DNA from: Tubiluchus corallicola
Lineage: Eukaryota > Animalia > Priapulida
DNA length: 53,231 nucleotides
Reading direction: 5' to 3'
Assembly (NCBI GenBank): GCA_030141605.1
Contig: JAQGDQ010001236.1
Span: 1-53,231, forward strand
Within the stretch, counting starts at the first letter, position 1, and every line of letters starts with the position of its first letter. The position numbers were made by a program, and so were the translations under genes. Below the pieces are notes generated by a model, which did no database searches, was not told the DNA's origin, and saw nothing but the letters and a program-made list of their open reading frames with translations. Positions 20,810-30,635 of the stretch are shown in pieces.

Positions 20810-22024
20810 TTAAAGTTCGAATCCTAAATCTACAGTTATAAATTGTGTGTAGCCAACGGGACGTCCAAATAGCTGTATGCGTACTTCGCCTGTGCTTACT
20901 ACGTTTTGGCTGGGGTCTACATCAGCCCTTACAGCTGATAGCTCGCCCGGGACTACCATTGTTTGCTCAATAGCACGTTCTACCCGTGCTTTGATGTCGG
21001 CTGCTACGGCATCGGGCAATGTTCCGCCTTCTGCTGTAAGTATTTCATCGTTCAAATCTCGCACATAAGTATCGTAAGCGATGATTATCATCTTTTTGAT
21101 GACACGATGGCGTGCTATGATGTTGTAGTCGTCGCTTGCTCCAGTAGCAGTAGGGTCGTCAGAGAAGAAGAAGCCGCCCAGTCGTGGTATGGTGCGTAGT
21201 GTTACAAAACCTGCATCGTGTATAAGTTCTTGGTAAGCTTGCGACTGTTCTTCTACTGGTGTTGAGCTGTTGTAGTAAGCTGTGGTGATAGGCAAAGCTC
21301 CATCCTGCACACGGCTGATTTTACGCTGCACGGGTATAGCTGCCAAGCGTCCAAGAGCCAATGCCACAGAAGCACTATCGTCATCCTTGCTCCCACCTAA
21401 TACAATAGAGCAGTGGTTTTCTGTTTGTTGCTTGAGGTTTTTGAGGTTGGCAGGTGTGCCGTCGAAACTTCTGCCTTCTATGAGTATCTGTACTGGTTGA
21501 GGTATAGCTTGGTATTGATTGGCTAATGCTTGCCCTGTTACCAGTGCATCGTAAGCGTCTTGGTCTATACCATCGGTAACGGTAGGCGTATAGGCACTTG
21601 CTGGATTGCGAGCTACGGCCAGTAGTTTAATGGTGTCAGCAAAGTCTAATAACTTAGTAGCAAACTGATTGCCAGTATCTAGCATATCTTCGAGCGAAAC
21701 GGTGTCGGCTACAAACAGTACGTGTAGCACGGGACCAGATGCTCCTGCTGTGTCGAAAAACTCCTTAAAGTGTCTATATACATTGATAGGGTCGTAAGTT
21801 CCAATGCCGTCGGGGTCGGCGTCGTAGTCGGCTGTAATGCCTCTGTCTATTACATCTTGCAGAGAGGTGATAGTTTTAGGCGTTCCAATCGCAAATGGGT
21901 CGGTAATGCCCGTAGAGGGCAGCTCGGGTACGCTTATAATAATACCTGCCTCGCCATCGTTGAGAGGAGTTACGCCTCCTAATGCTCCATTGAGCTTGTT
22001 AATCGTTACTTTGGGAAGTGCCAT
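20810..22024 (-). CDS. Contractile tail sheath protein (DUF2586-like)
   Basis: MALPKVTI start, ALGRLAAIPVQRKISRVQDG, DDPTA, DPSQNVVSTG, RPVGY. Confidence 0.85.
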   Translation of the reverse strand: MALPKVTINKLNGALGGVTPLNDGEAGIIISVPELPSTGITDPFAIGTPKTITSLQDVIDRGITADYDADPDGIGTYDPINVYRHFKEFFDTAGASGPVLHVLFVADTVSLEDMLDTGNQFATKLLDFADTIKLLAVARNPASAYTPTVTDGIDQDAYDALVTGQALANQYQAIPQPVQILIEGRSFDGTPANLKNLKQQTENHCSIVLGGSKDDDSASVALALGRLAAIPVQRKISRVQDGALPITTAYYNSSTPVEEQSQAYQELIHDAGFVTLRTIPRLGGFFFSDDPTATGASDDYNIIARHRVIKKMIIIAYDTYVRDLNDEILTAEGGTLPDAVAADIKARVERAIEQTMVVPGELSAVRADVDPSQNVVSTGEVRIQLFGRPVGYTQFITVDLGFEL

Positions 22025-22392
22025 AATTTTTCTTTTATTTGTTCTACATATTGTAAGTTGCTAGTGCCTACTTTTATTTCTATTTCAAGGTCTTTGCAAA
22101 GAGCTTGCAATTGTGCCTGTTTGAGTGTTTCTATGTATTCTGTTCCTTTCTCCTTGCCTAATGCTTTTACTTCATCTGTATTAAGTGTCTCTATCTTTTC
22201 TTTTTTATCTTTTTTCTTTTCTCTTACAAACACTTCTACTTTTCCCTTCTGCCCTATTTTGTGAAGACCACTCTGGTGTCCTTTTGCCCCGTCTTCTGTG
22301 AGGAATGGCATACCGTCGCTTGTTATGTATACTTTATCGTAGTTTTTGTGGGTTTTTAGTATGTTGTTGGCTAATTGTTGTTTGTTATTCAT
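22006..22392 (-). CDS. Hypothetical phage protein between capsid and sheath
   Basis: 128 aa, YITSDGMPF motif; overlaps the sheath start. Confidence 0.65.
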   Translation of the reverse strand: MNNKQQLANNILKTHKNYDKVYITSDGMPFLTEDGAKGHQSGLHKIGQKGKVEVFVREKKKDKKEKIETLNTDEVKALGKEKGTEYIETLKQAQLQALCKDLEIEIKVGTSNLQYVEQIKEKLWHFPK

Positions 22393-22399
22393 AATTCAT

Positions 22400-22828
22400 A
22401 ATTTTTTAGTTTTTTTCTTTATGTTCTTTTTCTATGTTCTTTTTCTTCTTCTTTTTGTCAGTCAAAAAGAAGCAAAAACCTCCCGCTGAATAAAAATTAC
22501 GCTACCCTTTTTCGCTACTGAGAGAAGATTTTAAACTCGCCTGCGGCTCAAACAGAAAATCTTCTTTTTTCTCCTTCGCTACAAAGGGCTTAACGCTATT
22601 TTTATTAGGCGGTATCGTATTCTGCTACGCAGAATTGGTAATTTATAATTGTCGTTTTTTATCTTTTATCTTTTATCTTTTATCTTCTATCTTATTAAAT
22701 CTTTTATCTTTTATCTTTTAAGGGCGGTCGTATTCTGCTTCGCAGAATTGGTAATTTATAATTGTCGTTTTTTATCTTTTATCTTTTATCTTTTCTCTTA
22801 TTAAATCTTTTATCTTTTAACTTAAAAG
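22400..22828 (+). repeat. Composite intergenic repeat, structured element variant B
   Basis: CCGCTGAATAAAAAT...AAACTCGCCTGCGGCTCAAACAG...ATTTTTATTAGGCGG plus two ATTCTGC-N3-GCAGAAT hairpins and TTTTATC runs. Confidence 0.85.
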
Positions 22829-23794
22829 CTAAGGGGTCACCATTTTAATAATACCTATACCTTGGTTGTCGCCTACGGTTATTGTTCCAGCTGGTGCATC
22901 TATGGGGTTTGGGTTGTCTATGGTGGCTTCTCCACGTCTAGCCCTTCCGCCCATACGTACCTCGTGGCTAATCACATCGCCATAGTACTCAGCTCGTCGT
23001 TGATTATCGAAGGTTACTATATCGCCAATAGCACGTTCTACCGCCATATCGTGCCAAAAGAAGGCAGCGGGTACATCGGTAGCTATAATAGCAGCATCCG
23101 CTGGTTTTACGGCTCCGGTGTTGTCTAATATAAGTACGCGGCTACGTTCTATAATCCAAAAGCCGTGTAGGCGGGTAACTACTCCACTAGGCAGATCTAC
23201 TGTGTCGCGGTAATGGAACCTGTCTTTCATCTCCAATTTCAGCGCTTTTAGGTTGTCGGGGTCAATAGCCATATACCAGCCATCGCGTTTCCACGTTTTT
23301 TGACGTTTAGCAAAGGCTTCGGCTTCTATGATGTCGCTTTCTTGTATCCCTTTAAGCGAAACCGTTGAGCCTCCTATACTTACTGAAACCGTTGAGCCAG
23401 TAGCTTCTAACTGGTCGGCTAGGGGTAGGTTTACAGCCCAGTTGTACAGTAAGTCGTCGCCCACTATGTCGGTGAGGTTGGCTGCGTTGTCTCTTAGTAT
23501 AGATTGCCGTTTTTCGTAATTGGTCTCTGCTTCTTCTAAGTTGCGTACTAAGGTAGGGTCTACGGTGTAGCTGTCCAGTGCATAGGTAACGTCTCCATCG
23601 CCACGCCTTACCACTGTGCCGGGAAGGGTGCTACGATTTTTCACTACTGCCGAAGGGTCGCCTGCTTGGGGTATGTGTACTACTTTTCCGTTGAGTACTT
23701 CGCCCGAAGCATCCACAGAGAATTGCAGGAATTGGTTGTTATCCTCTATGTAGCCGAGTATGTCTCGACGCCAAATTTCTTGTTCTACTGCCAT
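22829..23794 (-). CDS. Major capsid protein
   Basis: VHIPQAG, VVKNRSTLP, YEKRQS, EYYGDVIS..VRMGG; directly after protease/scaffold. Confidence 0.85.
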   Translation of the reverse strand: MAVEQEIWRRDILGYIEDNNQFLQFSVDASGEVLNGKVVHIPQAGDPSAVVKNRSTLPGTVVRRGDGDVTYALDSYTVDPTLVRNLEEAETNYEKRQSILRDNAANLTDIVGDDLLYNWAVNLPLADQLEATGSTVSVSIGGSTVSLKGIQESDIIEAEAFAKRQKTWKRDGWYMAIDPDNLKALKLEMKDRFHYRDTVDLPSGVVTRLHGFWIIERSRVLILDNTGAVKPADAAIIATDVPAAFFWHDMAVERAIGDIVTFDNQRRAEYYGDVISHEVRMGGRARRGEATIDNPNPIDAPAGTITVGDNQGIGIIKMVTP

Positions 23795-23823
23795 AATTTT
23801 TTTATTTTAATTATTAATTTATT

Positions 23824-24780
23824 TTATATGTTTTGTGGTTTTGTTCCATATTCTTCTTTAAAAAGCCTTTTGTATTCTTGCGGGTTTTCTTGTTTTAACC
23901 TGTTTAGTTCTGTGGGGTTGGTTTTTGAAAGTTGCTCAAAGGTCAGTTCTGTAGTTGCGGTTGTAGTTGCGGTTTCATTCACATAATTAGCCAAGCTGCT
24001 TTTTTTGTCTTTGGTTTTAAGGTCTTTAATAACTTTTTCAAGGGCTTTTTTTTCAAATGATAGGTAAGTATCTTTGTCTGTTTCTTTTATAAAGCCTTGT
24101 TTTACCGCTTTGTCCACAAGATCCTGCTTTTCGGCAGCTTCTTGCTCTGCTATTTCGCTCTTAAGCTGTTCCAGTTCTTCAATATGTTTTTTAGAGAGCT
24201 GTACCGCATTTTCGGCGTCGTTTTTTAGTTTTTCAATAGCTGCCAATATGTCTGTCTCCGTAGCCTGACTATCTAAACCTAATGCCTTAGCTATTTCTTG
24301 TAAGTTTTCTTTTTCCATTACTTTTTTTACTTTTTGGGGTTTATTATTCAACTTGTTATTTATATAGCTCAATCGAACTATGTTTTTACTTTCTTTTTCA
24401 CTTAATTTAACAGCTTGGGGATTGGCAGGTATATCTACAATGGACACTTCCAAAATCTCGCTATCTATCCACGTTTCTACCCCATCTATGTTCTTTTTCA
24501 ACAGCGGCACTATACCTACACTAGTAGCATTGAGAAAGTCTTGGTTCCATTTTCTACTTACAACTCGTCCTGTTTCGTCTTGGGTATCGAAGACGGGGTC
24601 GGCTATTAGTTGCCCGTTTTCTATTCTTATATCCTCCCACCTACCTACTGGCGAGAGATAATCAAGATGATTGTAATACATTACGGGGTTCTTCTTGAAG
24701 TTTTCTAATTTAATGCCGCCAGTAAGTATCTTAAAACCGTGTCGGTTGATAGTTTCTGTATTTAATATGGCTGTTTTCAT
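23824..24780 (-). CDS. Prohead protease fused to scaffold
   Basis: FKKNPVMYYNH, TSVGI, EVSIVDIPANPQA; charged coiled-coil C-terminal half. Confidence 0.85.
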   Translation of the reverse strand: MKTAILNTETINRHGFKILTGGIKLENFKKNPVMYYNHLDYLSPVGRWEDIRIENGQLIADPVFDTQDETGRVVSRKWNQDFLNATSVGIVPLLKKNIDGVETWIDSEILEVSIVDIPANPQAVKLSEKESKNIVRLSYINNKLNNKPQKVKKVMEKENLQEIAKALGLDSQATETDILAAIEKLKNDAENAVQLSKKHIEELEQLKSEIAEQEAAEKQDLVDKAVKQGFIKETDKDTYLSFEKKALEKVIKDLKTKDKKSSLANYVNETATTTATTELTFEQLSKTNPTELNRLKQENPQEYKRLFKEEYGTKPQNI

Positions 24781-24910
24781 AAATAGAAGCCTATTTGATA
24801 GCTACAAAAATAGAGGATGGGTAAAACCTGTGCAAATAGTATACCGCTTAGCCGTGTACTATTTTCTAAAAAAAAAAGCACTTTGTATTTTTGACACAAA
24901 AAACAAGGCA
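24781..24910. promoter_or_regulatory. Divergent late promoter region
   Basis: Bacteroidota -7 consensus TAnnTTTG on both strands: TATTTTTG at 24886-24893 (+) and 24812-24805 (-). Confidence 0.6.
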
Positions 24911-25354
24911 ATGAAGCAAATAGCCCAAGTAAAGAAAGACTATGCCAAGACGTTATACCTCAACGGCGTTTCACAAAAAGAAATCGCAGAGCAACTACGT
25001 TTAGCAAAAAGTACTATAAACAGGTGGGTCAAGCCAAAGACAAAAGGAGGTGAGGGTTGGGGGCAGCTAAAAGCGGGTATGGTAACCTCTAAAGCTGAGA
25101 ACATAGCACGTATGCAAAACCTACTTAACGACTTGCTGGCAAGTATAGATAAAAAAGGTAAAGCAGATACAGGCGATATAGATAGTATAAGCAAACTTAC
25201 TACGGCTATCGAGCGTTTGGAAGGAGAGATAAACGTAACTACTGCAGTAAATGTAATGATTGACTTTTGCGATTATGTGCGTAAAGCAGAATTAGAGAGT
25301 GCAAAGGAAATAAGCAGCTATGCCGATAGCTATCTTAATTCGTTGGTAAAATGA
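24911..25354 (+). CDS. Terminase small subunit (HTH, Mu gp27/DUF1804-like); start reassigned to ATG 24911
   Basis: AKTLYL.G.SQKEIAEQL...TINRW HTH; overlaps the large-subunit start. Confidence 0.8.
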   Translation: MKQIAQVKKDYAKTLYLNGVSQKEIAEQLRLAKSTINRWVKPKTKGGEGWGQLKAGMVTSKAENIARMQNLLNDLLASIDKKGKADTGDIDSISKLTTAIERLEGEINVTTAVNVMIDFCDYVRKAELESAKEISSYADSYLNSLVK

Positions 25355-26868
25355 TAAAAGAAACCATTACACAAAAACGACAAGCTATAAACGACTGGGC
25401 AGACTACCGCAGTAACCTACTACGTGCTACCCCTGTACCAGTAGAAAGCAAAAAGGAACAAGAGGCACGTATAAAAGAACTACAAAAAGACCCTTTTGCA
25501 TTCTTTAAATTTTACTTTCCAAATTACTGCGACGCAGAGTTTGCCCCTTTTCAAAAAAGGTTTGTAAATAAAGTACTTGAAGAAAAGAAGCTATACATTA
25601 CCTTAGAAGTGGCGAGGGAACACGCCAAAAGTGTAATTACAAGTTTGTTCCTACCTGTCTACCTTATGTTTGGACGAAAAGAGAAACTGAATATGATACT
25701 AGCCAGCCATAGCTACGATAATGCTTTGGAACTACTTAGACCTCTTATAATAAACTTAGAAGACAACCAGCGTATCGTCAATGACTACGGGCAGCAAAAA
25801 GGAATAAGAGGCTGGGAAACGGGCAACTTCACTACCAAGGGCGGCAGTGCTTTCAGAGCTATTGGAGCAGGGCAAAGCCCACGAGGCAAACGCAGCGAAG
25901 AGCTAAGACCTAACTATATAGTGGTAGATGATATAGACCACGACGAGGATTTTTACAATCCTGACCGTAGCATTAAAAAATTTAAATGGGTAAGTGATGC
26001 ACTGTTTCCAGCAATGAGTGTAAAAGGGACAAAGAGATTTATAGTAACGGGCAACCGCATAAGCGATAGCGGAGTAGTGGCACAAAGTGCTGCATTTGCC
26101 GACAAGCATTACAAAGTAAACATACTGGACAGTAAAGGACAGCCTACGTGGAAGGAGCGATATAGCCTTTCGCACGTTAATTATATGCTAGGTAAAATAA
26201 GCTATGCCAGTGGACAAAGGGAGTATTTTAACAATCCAATACAAGAAGGGCTAGTGTTTAGAGATGTGCAGTTTGATAAAGTGCCTGCTTTGCGTAAATT
26301 TAAGGTGCTGATATGCTATACCGACCCTTCTTTTAAAGAGAGTAAAACAAATGATTATAAAGCTACTGCATTGGTGGGCTATAAAGATGGCAAGTACTAT
26401 GTAATAAGAGCCTTTGTAGAGCAAACTACTACGGCTAATATGCTGCAATGGTTGTACGAATTAGAAGATATGGTACCGCCAAGTGTAGCCTGCTACTTTT
26501 ATATGGAAACAAACTTTGTGCAAGATTTGGTCAAGGACAAGGTCTACGAACTATCGGTACAGCAAAATAGACCACTACATATAACGGGTGATACCCGTAA
26601 AAAGCCTAATAAATTTGCCCGCATTGAAAGCAGCCTTGAACCACTCAACAGCTCGGGTAAACTCATATTTAATGAAAAAGAGAAGAAAAACCCACATATG
26701 CAAAGGTTGGTAGAACAGTTTAAAAGCATATCGCCCAAAAGCCGTAGCCACGACGACGGACCCGATGCAGTAGAAGGGGCTGTATATATATTGAAACGCA
26801 AGCTAAAGTCAAGCAGTATAGGTACTACTGTAATGGGTGGAGCTACGAGGGGGAGGAATAAGATTTAA
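25351..26868 (+). CDS. Terminase large subunit (Mu gp28-like)
   Basis: AREHAKS Walker A variant, GQSPRG, VVDDID Walker B, YTDPS, HDDGPDAVEG nuclease motif. Confidence 0.92.
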   Translation: MIKETITQKRQAINDWADYRSNLLRATPVPVESKKEQEARIKELQKDPFAFFKFYFPNYCDAEFAPFQKRFVNKVLEEKKLYITLEVAREHAKSVITSLFLPVYLMFGRKEKLNMILASHSYDNALELLRPLIINLEDNQRIVNDYGQQKGIRGWETGNFTTKGGSAFRAIGAGQSPRGKRSEELRPNYIVVDDIDHDEDFYNPDRSIKKFKWVSDALFPAMSVKGTKRFIVTGNRISDSGVVAQSAAFADKHYKVNILDSKGQPTWKERYSLSHVNYMLGKISYASGQREYFNNPIQEGLVFRDVQFDKVPALRKFKVLICYTDPSFKESKTNDYKATALVGYKDGKYYVIRAFVEQTTTANMLQWLYELEDMVPPSVACYFYMETNFVQDLVKDKVYELSVQQNRPLHITGDTRKKPNKFARIESSLEPLNSSGKLIFNEKEKKNPHMQRLVEQFKSISPKSRSHDDGPDAVEGAVYILKRKLKSSSIGTTVMGGATRGRNKI

Positions 26869-27084
26869 TAAGATTTAATAAGATAATAGATAAAAGATTT
26901 AATAAGAGAAAAGATAAAAGATAAAAGAGAAAAACTGCTTTCATTTTTTAACTTTTAACTTTTAGTTTTTAACTTTTAACTTACTAAAAAGATAATAGAT
27001 AAAAGATTTAATAAGAGAAAAGATAAAAGATAAAAACTGCTTTCATTTTTTAACTTTTAACTTTTAGTTTTTAACTTTAATAAA
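26860..27084 (+). repeat. AAGATAA/TTTTAAC simple-repeat leader, duplicated; inverted relative to 17101-17190 and 17852-17927
   Basis: AAGATTTAATAAGATAATAGAT (26870-26891) is the reverse complement of 17169-17190; AAAAACTGCTTTCATTTTTTAACTTTTAAC occurs twice here and inverted near 17870-17900. Confidence 0.85.
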
Positions 27085-27657
27085 ATGGCAACTAAAACAA
27101 GAGAATTACAAGAACAGTTTAAGGTTTTTTCACAAAGGCAGGTGCCACGTATGGGCTACCCTTGCAAGGTAATAGCTATAAACGATGATGATACCATAGA
27201 TGTGGTAGATGATAGCGATATAGAGCTGTTTGGCGTAAGGCTACGGGCAGCAGTGGACGACAACACAAATGGAATAGTAATTAGCCCTGCCATTGATAGT
27301 TGGGTACTGGTAGCCCCGGTAGATGGACAACGCGAGGAACTATACGTAACTATGTACAGCGAAATAGATAGTGTAAGAATAGCCAAAGGAGAGAAAGGCA
27401 TAAGCATAAATGCAGAGGAAGGCACTATACAGATGAACGAAGGCAGTAATGGAGGGCTTACTATTACACCAGAACTGGTAACACAGCTTGGTCTTCTCTC
27501 CGCCAGAGTAGATACCTTAGAAAATGCTATTAAAAATGCAGCTACTGCAGCTCAAGATGGCGGCGCTACCTATAAACAAAATATGACAGATATTATAGAT
27601 GCTAATGAAGGTAAGGAAAATTTTTCAAGCATAGAAAATGAAGATATAACACATTAA
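27085..27657 (+). CDS. Putative baseplate spike (gpV/Mu gp45-like)
   Basis: OB-fold-like N-terminus (VRLRA, PAIDSWVLV, YSEID); C-terminal ENEDITH metal-tip-like end. Confidence 0.65.
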   Translation: MATKTRELQEQFKVFSQRQVPRMGYPCKVIAINDDDTIDVVDDSDIELFGVRLRAAVDDNTNGIVISPAIDSWVLVAPVDGQREELYVTMYSEIDSVRIAKGEKGISINAEEGTIQMNEGSNGGLTITPELVTQLGLLSARVDTLENAIKNAATAAQDGGATYKQNMTDIIDANEGKENFSSIENEDITH

Positions 27658-27660
27658 ATT

Positions 27661-27954
27661 ATGAAGGACTTATTTGTAGATATAAATACAGAAAACCCAG
27701 ACCTTGAGATAATCAAAGGGGATTTTAGTGTAAAGGATGGCACGGCACAGCATCAAGCCTTTTTACTGCTTGCTCGCAAAGGGGAGATACGCCCTTTTCC
27801 ACGTGTGGGGGTGGGTATAGACGACTACCTTAACAATGATAAGGGTGGTCTTGAATTTGCTATAAGAAAAGAATTTGAAAGGGACGGTATGACTATAAAA
27901 AGCCTGTCGGTGTCATCCACAGGTCAGGTAGAGGTAAATGCAAGTTATGAGTAA
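27661..27954 (+). CDS. Baseplate gp25/Mu gp46-like protein
   Basis: GDF, QHQ..LL..KGE...P.VGVGI, IRKEFERDG motifs. Confidence 0.7.
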   Translation: MKDLFVDINTENPDLEIIKGDFSVKDGTAQHQAFLLLARKGEIRPFPRVGVGIDDYLNNDKGGLEFAIRKEFERDGMTIKSLSVSSTGQVEVNASYE

Positions 27955-28970
27955 TGGCGACTTTTATATGTAACATACGGCTGGAGATAGGCAACTTTGA
28001 GCTGAACAGGGTACACGAGGTAGTAGTTGTGTCTAGCCACGACCAACTGGCTGATACTTGCACAATAAAGCTTCCCACCACAGCACGGCTGCAACAAGAA
28101 GGCAATAATACCGTGGTAGAGTTTGCTAAGGAGTTTAAAGTGGGCGATGAAGTAAAGGTGTATGCGGGCTATAATGGTGAGGAGAATATGGAATTTCAAG
28201 GCTATATAAAAAAGATAAACCTATCTACTCCGCTTGTGGTAGAGTGCGAAGATGCTACTTATTTTCTGCGAAGAAACACATTGAACAAAAGCTTTAAAAA
28301 CACAACGCTAAGCGAAATACTGAACTTTGTACTGGACGGCACGGATATAGGCTTGGTGGGTGAAGTACCAGAAATAGATTTTGAAAAGTTTGTAATAACC
28401 AAAGCATCGGCTGCCCAAGTGGTGCAGGAGTTTATAGACAAATACGGCTTATCGGCCTATATAACCCAAGGCACACAGCTCTTAGTAAACTATGCCTACA
28501 AAGAGCAACGGGGCGAAGCAGCTTACAACCTGCGTAACAACACGGTAACGGACGACCTTAAATATCAAACCAAAGAGGATATAAAGCTCAAAGTAAAAGC
28601 CACAGCCGTACTAAAAAACAACAAGCGTATAGAGGAGGAAGTAGGCGACACAGATGGCGAGCAACGTAGCTTATTTTTCTATAATATAACAGATAAGGAA
28701 ACACTAAAAAACACCGCAGAGGCAAAACTGGACAGCTTGAAATACGAAGGCTATACCGGTACAATAACAGGCTTTTTACTACCTTTTGTACAACACGGAG
28801 CGGCAGTAGAGGTGGTGGATGAAAAATACACTAATCGCGAAGGTAAATACAGAGCCGAGCAAGTAACTACTACATTAGGACGGTCGGGGTTTAGGCGTAA
28901 AGTGAAATTGGGAATATTAATTAAAAAAGAGAAAAAAGAAGGGGAAAATGGAAACACAAATAGTAATTAA
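27954..28970 (+). CDS. Baseplate hub / late control D-like protein (Mu gp44-like)
   Basis: DTCTIKLP, GDEVKVYAGY, EFQGYI, ECED, KYEGYTGTITGF, GFRRKVKLG. Confidence 0.8.
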   Translation: MATFICNIRLEIGNFELNRVHEVVVVSSHDQLADTCTIKLPTTARLQQEGNNTVVEFAKEFKVGDEVKVYAGYNGEENMEFQGYIKKINLSTPLVVECEDATYFLRRNTLNKSFKNTTLSEILNFVLDGTDIGLVGEVPEIDFEKFVITKASAAQVVQEFIDKYGLSAYITQGTQLLVNYAYKEQRGEAAYNLRNNTVTDDLKYQTKEDIKLKVKATAVLKNNKRIEEEVGDTDGEQRSLFFYNITDKETLKNTAEAKLDSLKYEGYTGTITGFLLPFVQHGAAVEVVDEKYTNREGKYRAEQVTTTLGRSGFRRKVKLGILIKKEKKEGENGNTNSN

Positions 28971-29178
28971 AAGGCAAAGTATGATAGATGCTACCATATT
29001 AGCCTATGGAGATGAATTGCAAATATTTAAACATCATTTAAATAACAATTTAACGCAGTTGCCAGCCGATTTAAACGAGGGGCAAGAACTGCAATTTGAA
29101 ATAGCTAGGGATGAATTGAGCAAAATAAATTTAAAAGTGTTGAAGGATGAGCCTAATACCTTGGCCACCAAACCTTAA
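28948..29178 (+). CDS. Small LysM/Tail-X-like baseplate protein
   Basis: QSMIDATILAYG...NN...DLNEGQEL pattern; position in the baseplate cluster. Confidence 0.55.
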   Translation: METQIVIKRQSMIDATILAYGDELQIFKHHLNNNLTQLPADLNEGQELQFEIARDELSKINLKVLKDEPNTLATKP

Positions 29179-29190
29179 ATAATTAATAAT

Positions 29191-30048
29191 ATGGCACGTA
29201 CAAAAGAAGAAATAAAACAAGTAATAATAGATAGGCTGCAAGTGTTGATACCCGAACTTACCAGCACATCGGCAACGGCTATCTACCAACTACTGGCTGA
29301 TGCATTTGCCTCGGCTACCAATAGCTTTGAGCAACTGACAGAAGTAGAGCTACAAACTATTGAAACACTACTATTTAACAACCAATACGGTACAAAGCAG
29401 CAAACCATACAGTCGCTATTAAAGTTTCAAAATGGCGATGTGTTGGAATGGGACAGTGAAACAGGTACATTTGGCTATGCGACGATAGACGAAAGCAAGC
29501 AAATAATAAAACGAGTAGCAGTAGAAGAACAAGAATCGGGCTTTTTTATCATAAAAGCAGCTAAGATAGAAAACGGCGAAATAGTAGAACTTGAAGCAGC
29601 AGAAAAAACCAATGCCGAGGCTTATTTAGACAACACGCTGCCCGTAGGCTCAGACTGGATACTGCTAAGCGAGCAAGCCGACGTGTTGGATGCTACAGTA
29701 AGTATTACCTACCGTGGCGAGTTTGGGCTGGATAATATAAAAACAGCCTTGAAAACGGCACTAGATGACTTTTTGCAGGATAATACCTCCTTAGAAAGTT
29801 TTAGCGGTACTTTCCTGCTCAACAGCTTTATAGATGCTATGCGAGAAGTAGAGGGGATAAACGATGCAGTGGTGAGCTTTCTTTCCTTTACCGATTTTAT
29901 CCCAGAAACCTCTATAATAGTAGAAACAGTGGGCGAAGATATAATTATAAAACAATCGAGCTATAAAACAGCTGCCGGCTACTTTGCCTATGCGGGTGGT
30001 ACACAGGCATTAATAGATAGCTGGACTTATAAAACAGTGGAAGAATGA
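29191..30048 (+). CDS. Baseplate J-like wedge protein
   Basis: MART..EIK, STSATAIY, KFQNGD, IIKRVAV, FIDAMREVEGI, AGY. Confidence 0.7.
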   Translation: MARTKEEIKQVIIDRLQVLIPELTSTSATAIYQLLADAFASATNSFEQLTEVELQTIETLLFNNQYGTKQQTIQSLLKFQNGDVLEWDSETGTFGYATIDESKQIIKRVAVEEQESGFFIIKAAKIENGEIVELEAAEKTNAEAYLDNTLPVGSDWILLSEQADVLDATVSITYRGEFGLDNIKTALKTALDDFLQDNTSLESFSGTFLLNSFIDAMREVEGINDAVVSFLSFTDFIPETSIIVETVGEDIIIKQSSYKTAAGYFAYAGGTQALIDSWTYKTVEE

Positions 30049-30620
30049 TGTTTTTTAATTACAAAATACCGCAATACGTAAGGGAGTACTTGGGCTTACT
30101 CTTCAACCGCGAACGACTGGGCAACTTGGCCGAAGGATTGAGCGAAGGGCTTACCAGCTACTGGGCAGATACCTATGCTATAGACTTTGAACCTGCGGGC
30201 GACATACAAACCAACCAAGACTATTATTTTACACTGGGCAGGCAGTACCTACGCTACCGTGCCAATGTAAACGGCAGTCAGTTTAGTTTAGAAAACAGTT
30301 TGAACGACCTTTTTGACTTTGCACAGCGACGTATAAGAATCCTTAACATCGCACGCCAAGAAAGTAAGATATACACAGGCTTTGAGTTTGAAAGCGACAA
30401 CGAACCTACACCCGTATTTGCAGGTTTTGAAAGTGAAGACGGCAAAGGAACAGCAGGCATATACATAGGAGCCGATGCTGGAGACAAGGTAGATGAACGA
30501 TTTGTAATAATTTTGCCTAACGACCCCGCTGTAACGGGGAGAGAGGAAGAAATACGGGCGTGGGTTGAAAGGTATAGGCCAGCAGGTAAAAACTACTATA
30601 TAATAGAAATTAATAATTAA
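30045..30620 (+). CDS. Baseplate wedge protein (gpI/Mu gp48-like)
   Basis: NGSQFSLENSLNDLFD, FVIILP, VERYRPAGKNY; precedes the fibre gene. Confidence 0.65.
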   Translation: MMFFNYKIPQYVREYLGLLFNRERLGNLAEGLSEGLTSYWADTYAIDFEPAGDIQTNQDYYFTLGRQYLRYRANVNGSQFSLENSLNDLFDFAQRRIRILNIARQESKIYTGFEFESDNEPTPVFAGFESEDGKGTAGIYIGADAGDKVDERFVIILPNDPAVTGREEEIRAWVERYRPAGKNYYIIEINN

Positions 30621-30635
30621 TAAATTTAAAACAAA

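Noticed and set aside
24695-24910. Long N-terminal extension of the small terminase ORF
   Set aside because: Overlaps the divergent protease gene and the promoter region; ATG 24911 fits the HTH start
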